Positions 7,957 to 15,056 of a stretch of DNA of 20,000 nt are shown here, in pieces. The position numbers and the translations under genes were made by a program. Source of the stretch: an uncultured virus (IMG/VR IMGVR_UViG_3300047315_000487) (taxonomy: Duplodnaviria; Heunggongvirae; Uroviricota; Caudoviricetes); IMG/VR virus record IMGVR_UViG_3300047315_000487. One strand, written 5' to 3'. Every line of letters starts with the position of its first letter. Positions within the stretch are counted from its first letter, which is position 1. The notes beneath the pieces are model-generated. The model saw nothing but the letters and a program-made list of their open reading frames with translations. It had not been told where the DNA came from and searched no databases.

Positions 7957-8519
7957 GCGGCACCTGCCTGGCGTGTGTGTTGTTGGGCTTCGCGTTGGCA
8001 GCCGGTGCAGTAGGCGGTGCCGTTGGCCTCGAGGCGTCCGTCGACGGCCTGGTCGTGCCCGCCCTTGCAGGCGGTGGGGCGTGCGCCCATGCCGGTGAGG
8101 TAGCGGAACTGTTCGCGGACGCGTTGCCGTTCGGCGGTGTCGTCGACGTGCTCGGGTGCGACGCATAGGGGGGTGTCGCAGTTGCGGCGGGCGGAGCCTT
8201 GGGGGTCGCGTCCAGTGCGTATGCGGAAGGCGATGCGGGTCGGCTCGTAGCTTTTGCGGCGCCACCAGAGGTCGGGTAGGCCGTCGGCGCCGAGGCTGCT
8301 GGTCCAGATGAGGTGGCCGCCATCAACGGGCTGGACGCGTGCTTCCCATGCCTGTTCGAGGGTGCGGGGCACTGTCAGGTGGATGGCGGGGAGGCCCATG
8401 CGGGTGCGGCGTTTGGTGACGCATGAGCGGGTGATGCCGAGGCGGGTGGAGATTGCCTTGTCGCTGAGCCTTTCGTTGAGGACGAGGCGGCGGATGGTGT
8501 CGTCGCGGGTTTCGGTCAT
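7953..8519 (-). CDS. HTH + degenerate HNH (His-Me finger) + C-terminal Zn-finger protein
   Basis: LSDKAISTRLGITRSCV HTH; HLIWT...RIAF...CDTPLCVAPEH; CKGGH...CTGC. Confidence 0.75.
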   Translation of the reverse strand: MTETRDDTIRRLVLNERLSDKAISTRLGITRSCVTKRRTRMGLPAIHLTVPRTLEQAWEARVQPVDGGHLIWTSSLGADGLPDLWWRRKSYEPTRIAFRIRTGRDPQGSARRNCDTPLCVAPEHVDDTAERQRVREQFRYLTGMGARPTACKGGHDQAVDGRLEANGTAYCTGCQREAQQHTRQAGAA

Positions 8520-8932
8520 GCCGCCACCTCGAGGGCTTCGGCGATGGCTTGCTGCCACTGCTTTTCGGCGGTCTTGGCGGCCTGCAGGTGGCTGATGCAC
8601 AGGCCGCGGCCTCCCTTGGCTTTGCGGCAGCCGTCGGTGGTGCACAGGTCTTTGTCGGGGAGGAGTCCGGCGTCGGCTTGCCATTCGCGGATGAGGCGTT
8701 CGTAGAGTCCGAGGTGGGTGGAGATGGCTTTGCGGGCCCAGCCGGCGCGGGTCATGTAGGTGACGGCGGCGCGGAGTTCGGTGTCGGTGAGGGTGGGGAT
8801 GGGGGTGTCGCCGGTGACGGCGCGTTCGATGGCGTTCCAGTCGATGCCGTCTGTGTAGGTTTCGGTGGTGGGTGGTACGAAGACGGGGCGCTGGCCGCGG
8901 CAGATGGTGGCTTGGATGAACTCGGTGCTCAC
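8516..8932 (-). CDS. HTH protein with C-terminal CxxxxC...CxxH Zn motif
   Basis: GWARKAISTHLGLYERLIREW; CTTDGC...GRGLCISH. GTGA overlap. Confidence 0.75.
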   Translation of the reverse strand: MSTEFIQATICRGQRPVFVPPTTETYTDGIDWNAIERAVTGDTPIPTLTDTELRAAVTYMTRAGWARKAISTHLGLYERLIREWQADAGLLPDKDLCTTDGCRKAKGGRGLCISHLQAAKTAEKQWQQAIAEALEVAA

Positions 8933-9264
8933 CGCGGGTCCTCCTCGCCGATGTAGTCGTAGGCGGGCATCGCCCACAGCAGCTCGCACAGGTCGAGGCG
9001 TTCGGCTGCGTCGATGTGCGCGTAGAGGGCGGCCTGCGCCTCGAGGTCGACCGGCCACCCGTCTCCGCCGCCGGCGTTGTCCGCCCACGGCGCCCCGTTC
9101 TCCTCGGCGTCGATCGCGGCGGCTTCGGCCCGCATGTCGCGCGGGTCGCTGGTTCCGAGCCACACGCCGGCGGCGTGGCAGTCGACGCCCGGGGCGGTGA
9201 GGTGCCAGGGGCTGGAGCAGAACCAGGCGAGGAAGCAGACGGCGGCCCAGACGTAGTCGCTCAC
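8929..9264 (-). CDS. Hypothetical protein with hydrophobic N-terminus
   Basis: GTG at 9264 overlaps the stop of the displaced MTase 3' end; GGAGG RBS. Confidence 0.68.
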   Translation of the reverse strand: MSDYVWAAVCFLAWFCSSPWHLTAPGVDCHAAGVWLGTSDPRDMRAEAAAIDAEENGAPWADNAGGGDGWPVDLEAQAALYAHIDAAERLDLCELLWAMPAYDYIGEEDPR

Positions 9265-9464
9265 AGCGCCTCCAAGGTCAGGTTCGACAGGCGGCGGGCA
9301 GCGGCTTCGGCGTACCGCTCGTTGGCCTCGACGCCGATCGCCCGGCGGCCGCACTGGCGGGCGGCGTCCAACGTGCTGCCGGATCCGGCGAAGGGGTCGA
9401 GGACGAGGCCGCCGGGCGGGCAGGCGTAGCGGATCAGCGGGTCGAGGATCCCGAGCGGCTTCTC
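9261..9464 (-). pseudogene. Displaced second copy of the DNA methyltransferase 3' end (67 codons + stop)
   Basis: EKPLGILDPLIRYACPPGGLVLDPFAGSGST...IGVEANERY. 45/67 aa identical by hand count and gap-free against 10325-10528. No start codon of its own. Confidence 0.88.
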
Positions 9465-9475
9465 TCTAGCTCTAG

Positions 9476-9481
9476 TAGAAT
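9476..9481 (+). promoter_or_regulatory. Putative -10 box (TAGAAT) for a leaderless endonuclease transcript
   Basis: TAGAAT ends 7 nt before ATG 9489 and there is no SD sequence. This spacing is typical of actinobacterial leaderless genes. Confidence 0.55.
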
Positions 9482-9488
9482 GATCGCC

Positions 9489-10349
9489 ATGCCACCTCGC
9501 GGCGTCCGAAGCGGCGTCAACAAGCCCTGCCAAACCTGCGGTTCGACCTTCTACGTCACGGGCGCCCGAATAGACACGGCTCTCTTCTGCTCCCGCACCT
9601 GCAAGGGCGTAGCGTCTCGGCTGCTTCGAGACTGCGAGGCGTGCGGGAAGGAGATGTATCGGCGCGGGCCGGGAGGTAAGCGGTACTGCAGCCTGGCCTG
9701 TGCCGGACTTGGCCACCGAAGCGGTGGCGAAGTCAGTTGCGAGTCGTGTGGCAAGAACTTCTACGTCGAGGCGCATCGCCTGAGCCACGCCCGGTTCTGC
9801 AGCGTTGCCTGCCACGACGTCTGGCAGGGGCGAGCGAAGACCCGCCATGTCTGCAAGGTGTGCGATGAGGAGTTCCGGCTCTCGCCCTGTTTCGTCACCT
9901 ACCGCACGCCGATGTACTGCTCCGCCGACTGCCGCAATGCCGACCCAGAGCACAAGGCGCGACTGCTGGCCATGAACACGCTGCAGCAGGCCGAGCGCAT
10001 CACCCGCGCTGAGGCTGCGGGATACGCGCTCCTCGACCTGCTGGAAGTCGACTATCGGCCGCAGCAGATCTTCAAGGACAAGTTCACGCCGGACGCCACC
10101 GTCGAAGTCGCGCGCTTGGTCGTCCAGTTCGACGGCGACTACTGGCACGACCGGAAGGGCACGAGCATGGAGGCGAGGATCCGCCGCCGGGTGGCTCTGG
10201 ACCGCAGCCAGGATGCGTACATTCGGGCGTGCGGGTGGCGTGTGCTCCGACTCTGGGAGTCCGACCTGCATGGCGATCCGGAAGGATGCACTGAAAGGAT
10301 CGCCGCTGCGCTCGCGGATGAACATCACGAGACCTCCAGCATGAGCTGA
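9489..10349 (+). CDS. Four-Zn-finger + Vsr/DUF559 (PD-(D/E)XK-like) endonuclease, putative homing endonuclease (alternative start 9480)
   Basis: Four CxxC-x(n)-[FY]CSxxC repeats, then FTPDA...LVVQFDGDYWH...DRSQDAYIRACGWRVLRLWESD. Confidence 0.88.
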   Translation: MPPRGVRSGVNKPCQTCGSTFYVTGARIDTALFCSRTCKGVASRLLRDCEACGKEMYRRGPGGKRYCSLACAGLGHRSGGEVSCESCGKNFYVEAHRLSHARFCSVACHDVWQGRAKTRHVCKVCDEEFRLSPCFVTYRTPMYCSADCRNADPEHKARLLAMNTLQQAERITRAEAAGYALLDLLEVDYRPQQIFKDKFTPDATVEVARLVVQFDGDYWHDRKGTSMEARIRRRVALDRSQDAYIRACGWRVLRLWESDLHGDPEGCTERIAAALADEHHETSSMS

Positions 10350-11065
10350 GACAGCCACTGGGCAGCCAACTCGCAGTACTTCTCGTTGGCCTCGATCCCC
10401 ACGGCGCGGCGTCCGATCATGCGGGCAGCCATCAGCGTGGCCCCGCTCCCCGCAAAGGGATCCATGACCAATCCGCCTATGGGGCAGGCGTACTCGATCA
10501 GTGGCCGCAAGATTTCAGACGGCTTCTGGGTCGGATGCAGACCGCCGCGCACGGACTTGGCCTTGACGACCGACCGCACAAGCCGGGTGCCGTCGTCCTC
10601 GTAGGTCACGGCCTTGACTGACCCGGTGTGCGCCGCGCGGTCGTCGTAGCGGGCGCGGGCATGTTTGTCGGGTCCTACGTAGGCAACGCGGGGGGTGTCG
10701 TGGTGCACGGCCGACCAGTCGCCCCGGTACCAGTGGGTGGCGATCTCGTGGACGCGCTTGAAGCGGTCCGTTGCGAAGCCGGTGCCGTTCGCCTTCTCCC
10801 ATACCACGTCCTGGCTGAGCTTCCAGACGGCGAAGTCGGCGGCGCGGTCGAGGAACATGCGCATCGACCCGAAGCACCACATCGACCGGGCAACTGTGGC
10901 GGCGAGGGTGGGCCAGCCATCAGGCCACCGGTCCCACGCCAGCGACGTTTCCTGATACGGCGGGTCCGTGACGATGCAGTCAGCCTGCAGGCCGAGCGCG
11001 GGCAGGATCTCCCGCATGTCGCCGAGGTGCAGGGTGACCGTGTCGTCGGAGTAGTAGACGCTCAT
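10325..11065 (-). CDS. Orphan DNA amino-methyltransferase (N4-C/N6-A, beta class)
   Basis: LHLGD, VTDPPY (motif IV), VVWEK, HPTQKP, DPFAGSG (motif I). ATGA overlap at 11065. Confidence 0.94.
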   Translation of the reverse strand: MSVYYSDDTVTLHLGDMREILPALGLQADCIVTDPPYQETSLAWDRWPDGWPTLAATVARSMWCFGSMRMFLDRAADFAVWKLSQDVVWEKANGTGFATDRFKRVHEIATHWYRGDWSAVHHDTPRVAYVGPDKHARARYDDRAAHTGSVKAVTYEDDGTRLVRSVVKAKSVRGGLHPTQKPSEILRPLIEYACPIGGLVMDPFAGSGATLMAARMIGRRAVGIEANEKYCELAAQWLSQLMLEVS

Positions 11066-11433
11066 GCCGCATCCACCTCCGTCTGGTGGAACCTCTGCGC
11101 GGCCTCCCGGTGGCCCTTCGCGGTCAGCATCCAGACGGCGAGCCGGTGTCCGTGGGTGTTGTCGAGGGTGGAGGGGACGCCGTCGACGGGGACGCGGCGG
11201 ATGATTCCGGCGGCGCGGAGGCCGGTGATGGCGGCGCCGAGGTAGCCCTTGCCGAGTACGGGCAGCAGGTCGCGGATCTCGTTGGCAGTGAAGGTGTCGT
11301 GGCTGGAGCCGTATAGGAGGACGACCTGTCCGACGACGTACCGGTCCCATGCGGACCGCTTCACGATTTCGGCGAGGGTCTCGTCCCGGCGGGCGGCGGC
11401 CAGGCGCTCGGCGAAGTTGAGGCGGCGGGTCAC
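11062..11433 (-). CDS. Hypothetical phage protein (possible winged helix)
   Basis: FTANEIRDLLP...LGAAITGLRAAGII. GTGA overlap. Confidence 0.75.
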   Translation of the reverse strand: MTRRLNFAERLAAARRDETLAEIVKRSAWDRYVVGQVVLLYGSSHDTFTANEIRDLLPVLGKGYLGAAITGLRAAGIIRRVPVDGVPSTLDNTHGHRLAVWMLTAKGHREAAQRFHQTEVDAA

Positions 11434-12071
11434 TGGGCACCTCCGGCGGGGGCGAGCTGCAGCGCGCGGTCGTGCTGCGCGTTGAGTGCCATCACGGCGC
11501 TGATCGGTCGCGGGTCCTGTTCGGCGGCGGCGCGCAGGATTGGCATGCCGGAGTTGATCGAGGCGAGCACCTCGTCCCGGGTGGCGGCGCGGCCCTCGGC
11601 GAACCACAGGGTCTCGGCGGGCTCGCCGACGTCGAACAGACGATGGGCTGGCATCTGTTGCCAGGCGCGGGTGACCCAGACGAGGGCGACGCCGGGGTTG
11701 CGGCAGACCATGTCGCCATCCGGCTCGGATGCATCGTCGGGCAGGTTGCTGTCGCGGCGGCGCATGTTCGGGGTGGTGAGGAACGGGCAGGCGGTCGCGG
11801 CGTAGATGGCGCAGTCGCGGTGTGACGGGGGCTCCGAGCTGACCCGGTTGACGGCACACATGGGGCCGATGACGAATGCGACGTTCGCGCCGAGTCGGCC
11901 GCCGCACAGCCAGCACTGACCGAAGCGGACGGCGTCGTCCAGCTTGTTGAGGCCGACGACGCGGAAGTCGGGCTGGCCGTCGATCCAGGCCACGAACCAT
12001 GGCACGGGGTATCCGGCGGCATTCGTGGGCAGCTTGGCGATACGGGGCGGCGGGGTGGGTAGTGGGCGCAT
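11430..12071 (-). CDS. Conserved-looking Cys-rich phage hypothetical protein
   Basis: GYPVPWF...PDFR...CWLCG...GPMC...EPPSHRDCA.YA...CPFL. AAGGAG RBS. Confidence 0.82.
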   Translation of the reverse strand: MRPLPTPPPRIAKLPTNAAGYPVPWFVAWIDGQPDFRVVGLNKLDDAVRFGQCWLCGGRLGANVAFVIGPMCAVNRVSSEPPSHRDCAIYAATACPFLTTPNMRRRDSNLPDDASEPDGDMVCRNPGVALVWVTRAWQQMPAHRLFDVGEPAETLWFAEGRAATRDEVLASINSGMPILRAAAEQDPRPISAVMALNAQHDRALQLAPAGGAQ

Positions 12072-12139
12072 GGGATGCTCCTTGGGTCGGCCGGGGCCGC
12101 GGTGTTTCGGGCAGCGCGGCCACGGCGAAGCGGGTGGGG

Positions 12140-12787
12140 TTAGAACGGGGGGTCGGAGGGGTCGCGGCCGAGGGTGAGGTCGGTGATCCGCTTCTCGATG
12201 TCGCCCGTGAGGTCGGTGCCCGCGTGCTTCAGGGCGAAGGTGATCGTCTGGCCCACTCCCTGGGCGTCCCCTTTGCTGAGGAGCGCGGCGGCCAGGTATT
12301 CGGCAAGGACTCGACGGACGGGTCCCGGGACCTCTGCGGTGATGTCGGGGGTGGCCGCCCACGGGTCGTCGGCGGGCGCGGCGGTGCGGGTAGCGGATGC
12401 CGGGACTTTCCAGGCGGACCGCGCGTCCCACCCGTCGTCGGTGAGCCAGTTGTCGATGAGCCCGTCCATGTTGCAGTCGGCTTCGTCGAGGGCCTGCGCG
12501 AGGCTGCGGCCTGCGCCCCAGCGGTCGCGCTCCCTGCTGGCGAGGGCCTGCGCAATGTGCGCGGACACAAGCTCCCGCGTCGCGTACTCCCGCTTGCGGA
12601 GCAGAGCGAGGGCGTCCCGCATGTCGGCGGTCGTGGCCGCCTGCTCCTCGTTCCGGGCGAGGGCGGCGTGGCCCTGTCCGATCGAGGCGGCGACCTCGGC
12701 GATCCGCATGTCGGCCGGGAGTTCGGTGAGGTGGCGGGCCGCGTTCGCGAGATGCTGCTCGGCTTCGGCGCGGTGGTTGACGGTCAT
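12140..12787 (-). CDS. Hypothetical protein, helical, ending DPSDPPF
   Basis: ATG at 12787 with AGGAG RBS; 215 aa. Confidence 0.8.
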   Translation of the reverse strand: MTVNHRAEAEQHLANAARHLTELPADMRIAEVAASIGQGHAALARNEEQAATTADMRDALALLRKREYATRELVSAHIAQALASRERDRWGAGRSLAQALDEADCNMDGLIDNWLTDDGWDARSAWKVPASATRTAAPADDPWAATPDITAEVPGPVRRVLAEYLAAALLSKGDAQGVGQTITFALKHAGTDLTGDIEKRITDLTLGRDPSDPPF

Positions 12788-12807
12788 GGCGTGTGGTCTC
12801 CTGGTCC

Positions 12808-12838
12808 GGAGCGCCCCCGATTCCCGCGGGGGCGCTCC
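12808..12838 (-). other. Perfect 12-bp hairpin after recT (terminator-like or RNA-binding site)
   Basis: GGAGCGCCCCCG-N7-CGGGGGCGCTCC; no U-tract. Confidence 0.6.
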
Positions 12839-12849
12839 ATGCGTGCGGG

Positions 12850-13689
12850 CTAGTTGGCGGTGCCGGTGAGTCGTGCGAGCAGGTCGCGGATTGACTGTGC
12901 GGAGGCTTCCTCCAACGGCACACCGAGGGCGGTGAAGGCCTCGGCGTCCACGTCGTCGACACCGTTGGCCGCGCCGAACGCCCGCAGGTCGGCGACCGCG
13001 GCGGCGTGCTCGGCTTCCGCGGCGCTGACGGCCGGCTCCGCGGTCCCCGGGTCTGCCGTGGGCGCCGCGGTGATGGCGGCGACGCTCAGGCGGGGCGTGG
13101 CGGCCTGGACTTCGTAGGTGGTGGCCGAGTCGCGGAGTTCCTCGGACGTGTACGGCACGGCGTGCAGGACATCGGAGGCGACGAGGCGGCACAGTTCACC
13201 GGTGGCTCGGGCCAAGAGCATGGTCTGCGGCTGCTTCTTCCACTCGGACTTGCCGACGAGGCCCATCAGGGCCGCGCGCGGGATGGTCCAGGTGACTTCC
13301 TGCCAGTCCTCGTCGTCGTCACGGCGCCCACGCATGACGCAGTGCTTGTCGTCGGACGTGACGAGCTGGATCTTGTGGCCGTGAGACTGGACGAGGCCCC
13401 GCATGGCGTGCGCCCGCAGTGCCGGGGTGCCCTGGATGATGTCGAACGCCTTCAGTGCCGCCATCGGCTTCAAGCCGAGTTCATTCCCGGCGAGGATCAC
13501 CGCGGTGACCTCTTCGGGCTTGCCCCGGAGCTGGCCGGCGAACGGAGTCTTGGCGATGGACTGGGCGATGCTGGCGACGACGCGGGCTTCTTCGGCCCAG
13601 ATGACGAGGGCGCTCTTGGTGGTGATCTGCTGCTGCGGCTGGACGACTGCGGGCGCAGCGTCGGTGCGGCGGATGTCGAGCTCGGTCAT
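12850..13689 (-). CDS. RecT/Beta-like single-strand annealing recombinase
   Basis: GKPEEVTAVILAGNELGLKPMAAL...IIQGTP...WKKQPQTMLLARA. Coupled to the exonuclease gene. Confidence 0.82.
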   Translation of the reverse strand: MTELDIRRTDAAPAVVQPQQQITTKSALVIWAEEARVVASIAQSIAKTPFAGQLRGKPEEVTAVILAGNELGLKPMAALKAFDIIQGTPALRAHAMRGLVQSHGHKIQLVTSDDKHCVMRGRRDDDEDWQEVTWTIPRAALMGLVGKSEWKKQPQTMLLARATGELCRLVASDVLHAVPYTSEELRDSATTYEVQAATPRLSVAAITAAPTADPGTAEPAVSAAEAEHAAAVADLRAFGAANGVDDVDAEAFTALGVPLEEASAQSIRDLLARLTGTAN

Positions 13690-14555
13690 ACGAGGTACTC
13701 CTCAGCCTGTGTTTTCGCGTCCCAGGGCGGGAGCGAGATCATGGGGATGTCGGTGACGGGGCCGGTCCAGTCGGGCCATTCGTCGGTGCGCATGCACTCG
13801 GCGTAGAGGCGGAGTGCGCGCTGGTTGCGAGCGCGACCGATGGTGCGGTCGGCTTCGGACAGCTCCCGCACGGTGATCAGGTACGGCGCCGTCTTGGACT
13901 GGAAGACGAAGACGAACCGGCAGTGGTCCGGGGCCAGTCCGGCGGCCTCGATGCCGTCGAGGTACAGCGCGTCCTGCTGGTGATAGGAGCGGTCCCGGAT
14001 GGCGCGGGAGAGGGCCAGCGGGCTGGCATCCTTCGCCGTCTTGTAGTCGACGGCCAAGGTCAGACCGGGGAGCTGCTTGAGCCAGTCGGGGCGGACCCTG
14101 CAGCGGATTCCGGTCGCCGGGTCGGTCCAGAAAATCGACTGCTCCGCAATGCCGCTACCCGGCCTGAATAGCGGGCCGGCGATGGGGTCCTGCCGGATCG
14201 CCTCGGCCATCGCCTTGACCTGATCGTGGTCCTTGGTGAGCAGCGGCACCTTGCCCTCGTCGTAGGCGGCATCCCGCTTGCTCTGTGCGGCCTTCGTGCG
14301 CCAGTCCGGGAAGTCGATGACTTCCAGCTCCGGGCCTTCGCCGAGCACCAGGAGGTGGGCGGCATGCCCGATGTCGAACTCCTTCTTCGGGGCGGCCGGG
14401 TTGTCGCGGTCGTACTTGAACTGGGCGGGGCAGCCGGGGTCGAGGATGTTCCGCAGGCCGGTGGAGGAGATCGAGGTGCGGTCCGCGTGGTAGTCGTCGG
14501 CGGACATGCCGTCGATGACGACCGGGGCCGCAACCATCTCCGTAGTGGCCGTCAC
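13686..14555 (-). CDS. RecE/exonuclease VIII-like PD-(D/E)XK nuclease (DUF3799-like)
   Basis: YHAD...ISSTGL, GHAAHLLVLG, EQSIFW, RVRPDW, VDYKT, YHQQDALY. GTG at 14555. Confidence 0.92.
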   Translation of the reverse strand: MTATTEMVAAPVVIDGMSADDYHADRTSISSTGLRNILDPGCPAQFKYDRDNPAAPKKEFDIGHAAHLLVLGEGPELEVIDFPDWRTKAAQSKRDAAYDEGKVPLLTKDHDQVKAMAEAIRQDPIAGPLFRPGSGIAEQSIFWTDPATGIRCRVRPDWLKQLPGLTLAVDYKTAKDASPLALSRAIRDRSYHQQDALYLDGIEAAGLAPDHCRFVFVFQSKTAPYLITVRELSEADRTIGRARNQRALRLYAECMRTDEWPDWTGPVTDIPMISLPPWDAKTQAEEYLV

Positions 14556-14902
14556 GCGACACCGCCGACGAACGGCTGAGGCGCCGCGCAGGCCTCGCAG
14601 AGCGGATCGCCGTCGCTGTCGGCGAACGGCCCGTCGGCGTTGCTGCAGCGGGAGCAGCGGATGCCCTTGGCGAGGCGCTGGAGGAAGGCGATGCCGTCGT
14701 TGTCGAACTGGGCGATGGTGACGGCGGCGACATAGCCCGGGTAGGCGGTCGCGAGGATTGCCTTGTTGACGATGTCGGCGGCGGAGGCGGCGCGGATGAG
14801 GTGCTGGGTGAAGCTGCCGGGCTGCCAACCGCCGTCCGCGTCGAACGCCCACAGGACGTGGCGCGCGATCTCCGGGGTGATGGATGTGCTGTCGGTGCTC
14901 AT
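14552..14902 (-). CDS. Hypothetical phage protein (C-terminal CxxC...CxxC)
   Basis: PGSFTQHLIRA...AD..N...LA.AYP; CSRC...CEAC. Confidence 0.82.
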   Translation of the reverse strand: MSTDSTSITPEIARHVLWAFDADGGWQPGSFTQHLIRAASAADIVNKAILATAYPGYVAAVTIAQFDNDGIAFLQRLAKGIRCSRCSNADGPFADSDGDPLCEACAAPQPFVGGVA

Positions 14903-14930
14903 GGGATTCCGTTCGTGGCGTCGGGTAAGG

Positions 14931-15045
14931 GGCCCCGCTCTCCCTGGGGGGAGGCGGGAGAGCGGGGCCTGTGGCCCGGGACCGTTGGGGGGAGGTCGGT
15001 CCCCGGCCGTGGCGCCGTCTACTGGCGGGGGAGCCAGGAGGCGCC
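14931..15045 (-). ncRNA. Three tandem hairpins with C-rich loops, 6C-RNA-like
   Basis: Stems at 14931-14969 (14 bp perfect), 14973-15008 (11/12 bp) and 15011-15045. Minus-strand loops GCCUCCCCCCA, ACCUCCCCCCAA and UCCCCC. Confidence 0.5.
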
Positions 15046-15056
15046 GGTCGGGGTGG

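Noticed and set aside
9465..10324. Group I/II intron or intein in the MTase
   Set aside because: Almost no non-coding sequence for a ribozyme core, the ORF is on the opposite strand, no intein motifs are present, and the MTase is already complete without splicing.
9465..10528. IS element with target-site duplication
   Set aside because: No transposase motif or terminal inverted repeats, and the duplicated segments are diverged (~67% aa), not identical.
9489..11065. Vsr repair gene or restriction-modification pair with the MTase
   Set aside because: Vsr repair accompanies C5 MTases, whereas this is a DPPY amino-MTase. The zinc-finger array and duplicated 3' end fit an inserted element better, though an R-M role is not experimentally excluded.
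12090..12126. Intergenic hairpin as an intrinsic terminator
   Set aside because: Imperfect stem, no U-tract and a loop unlike the other motifs. Too weak to call.
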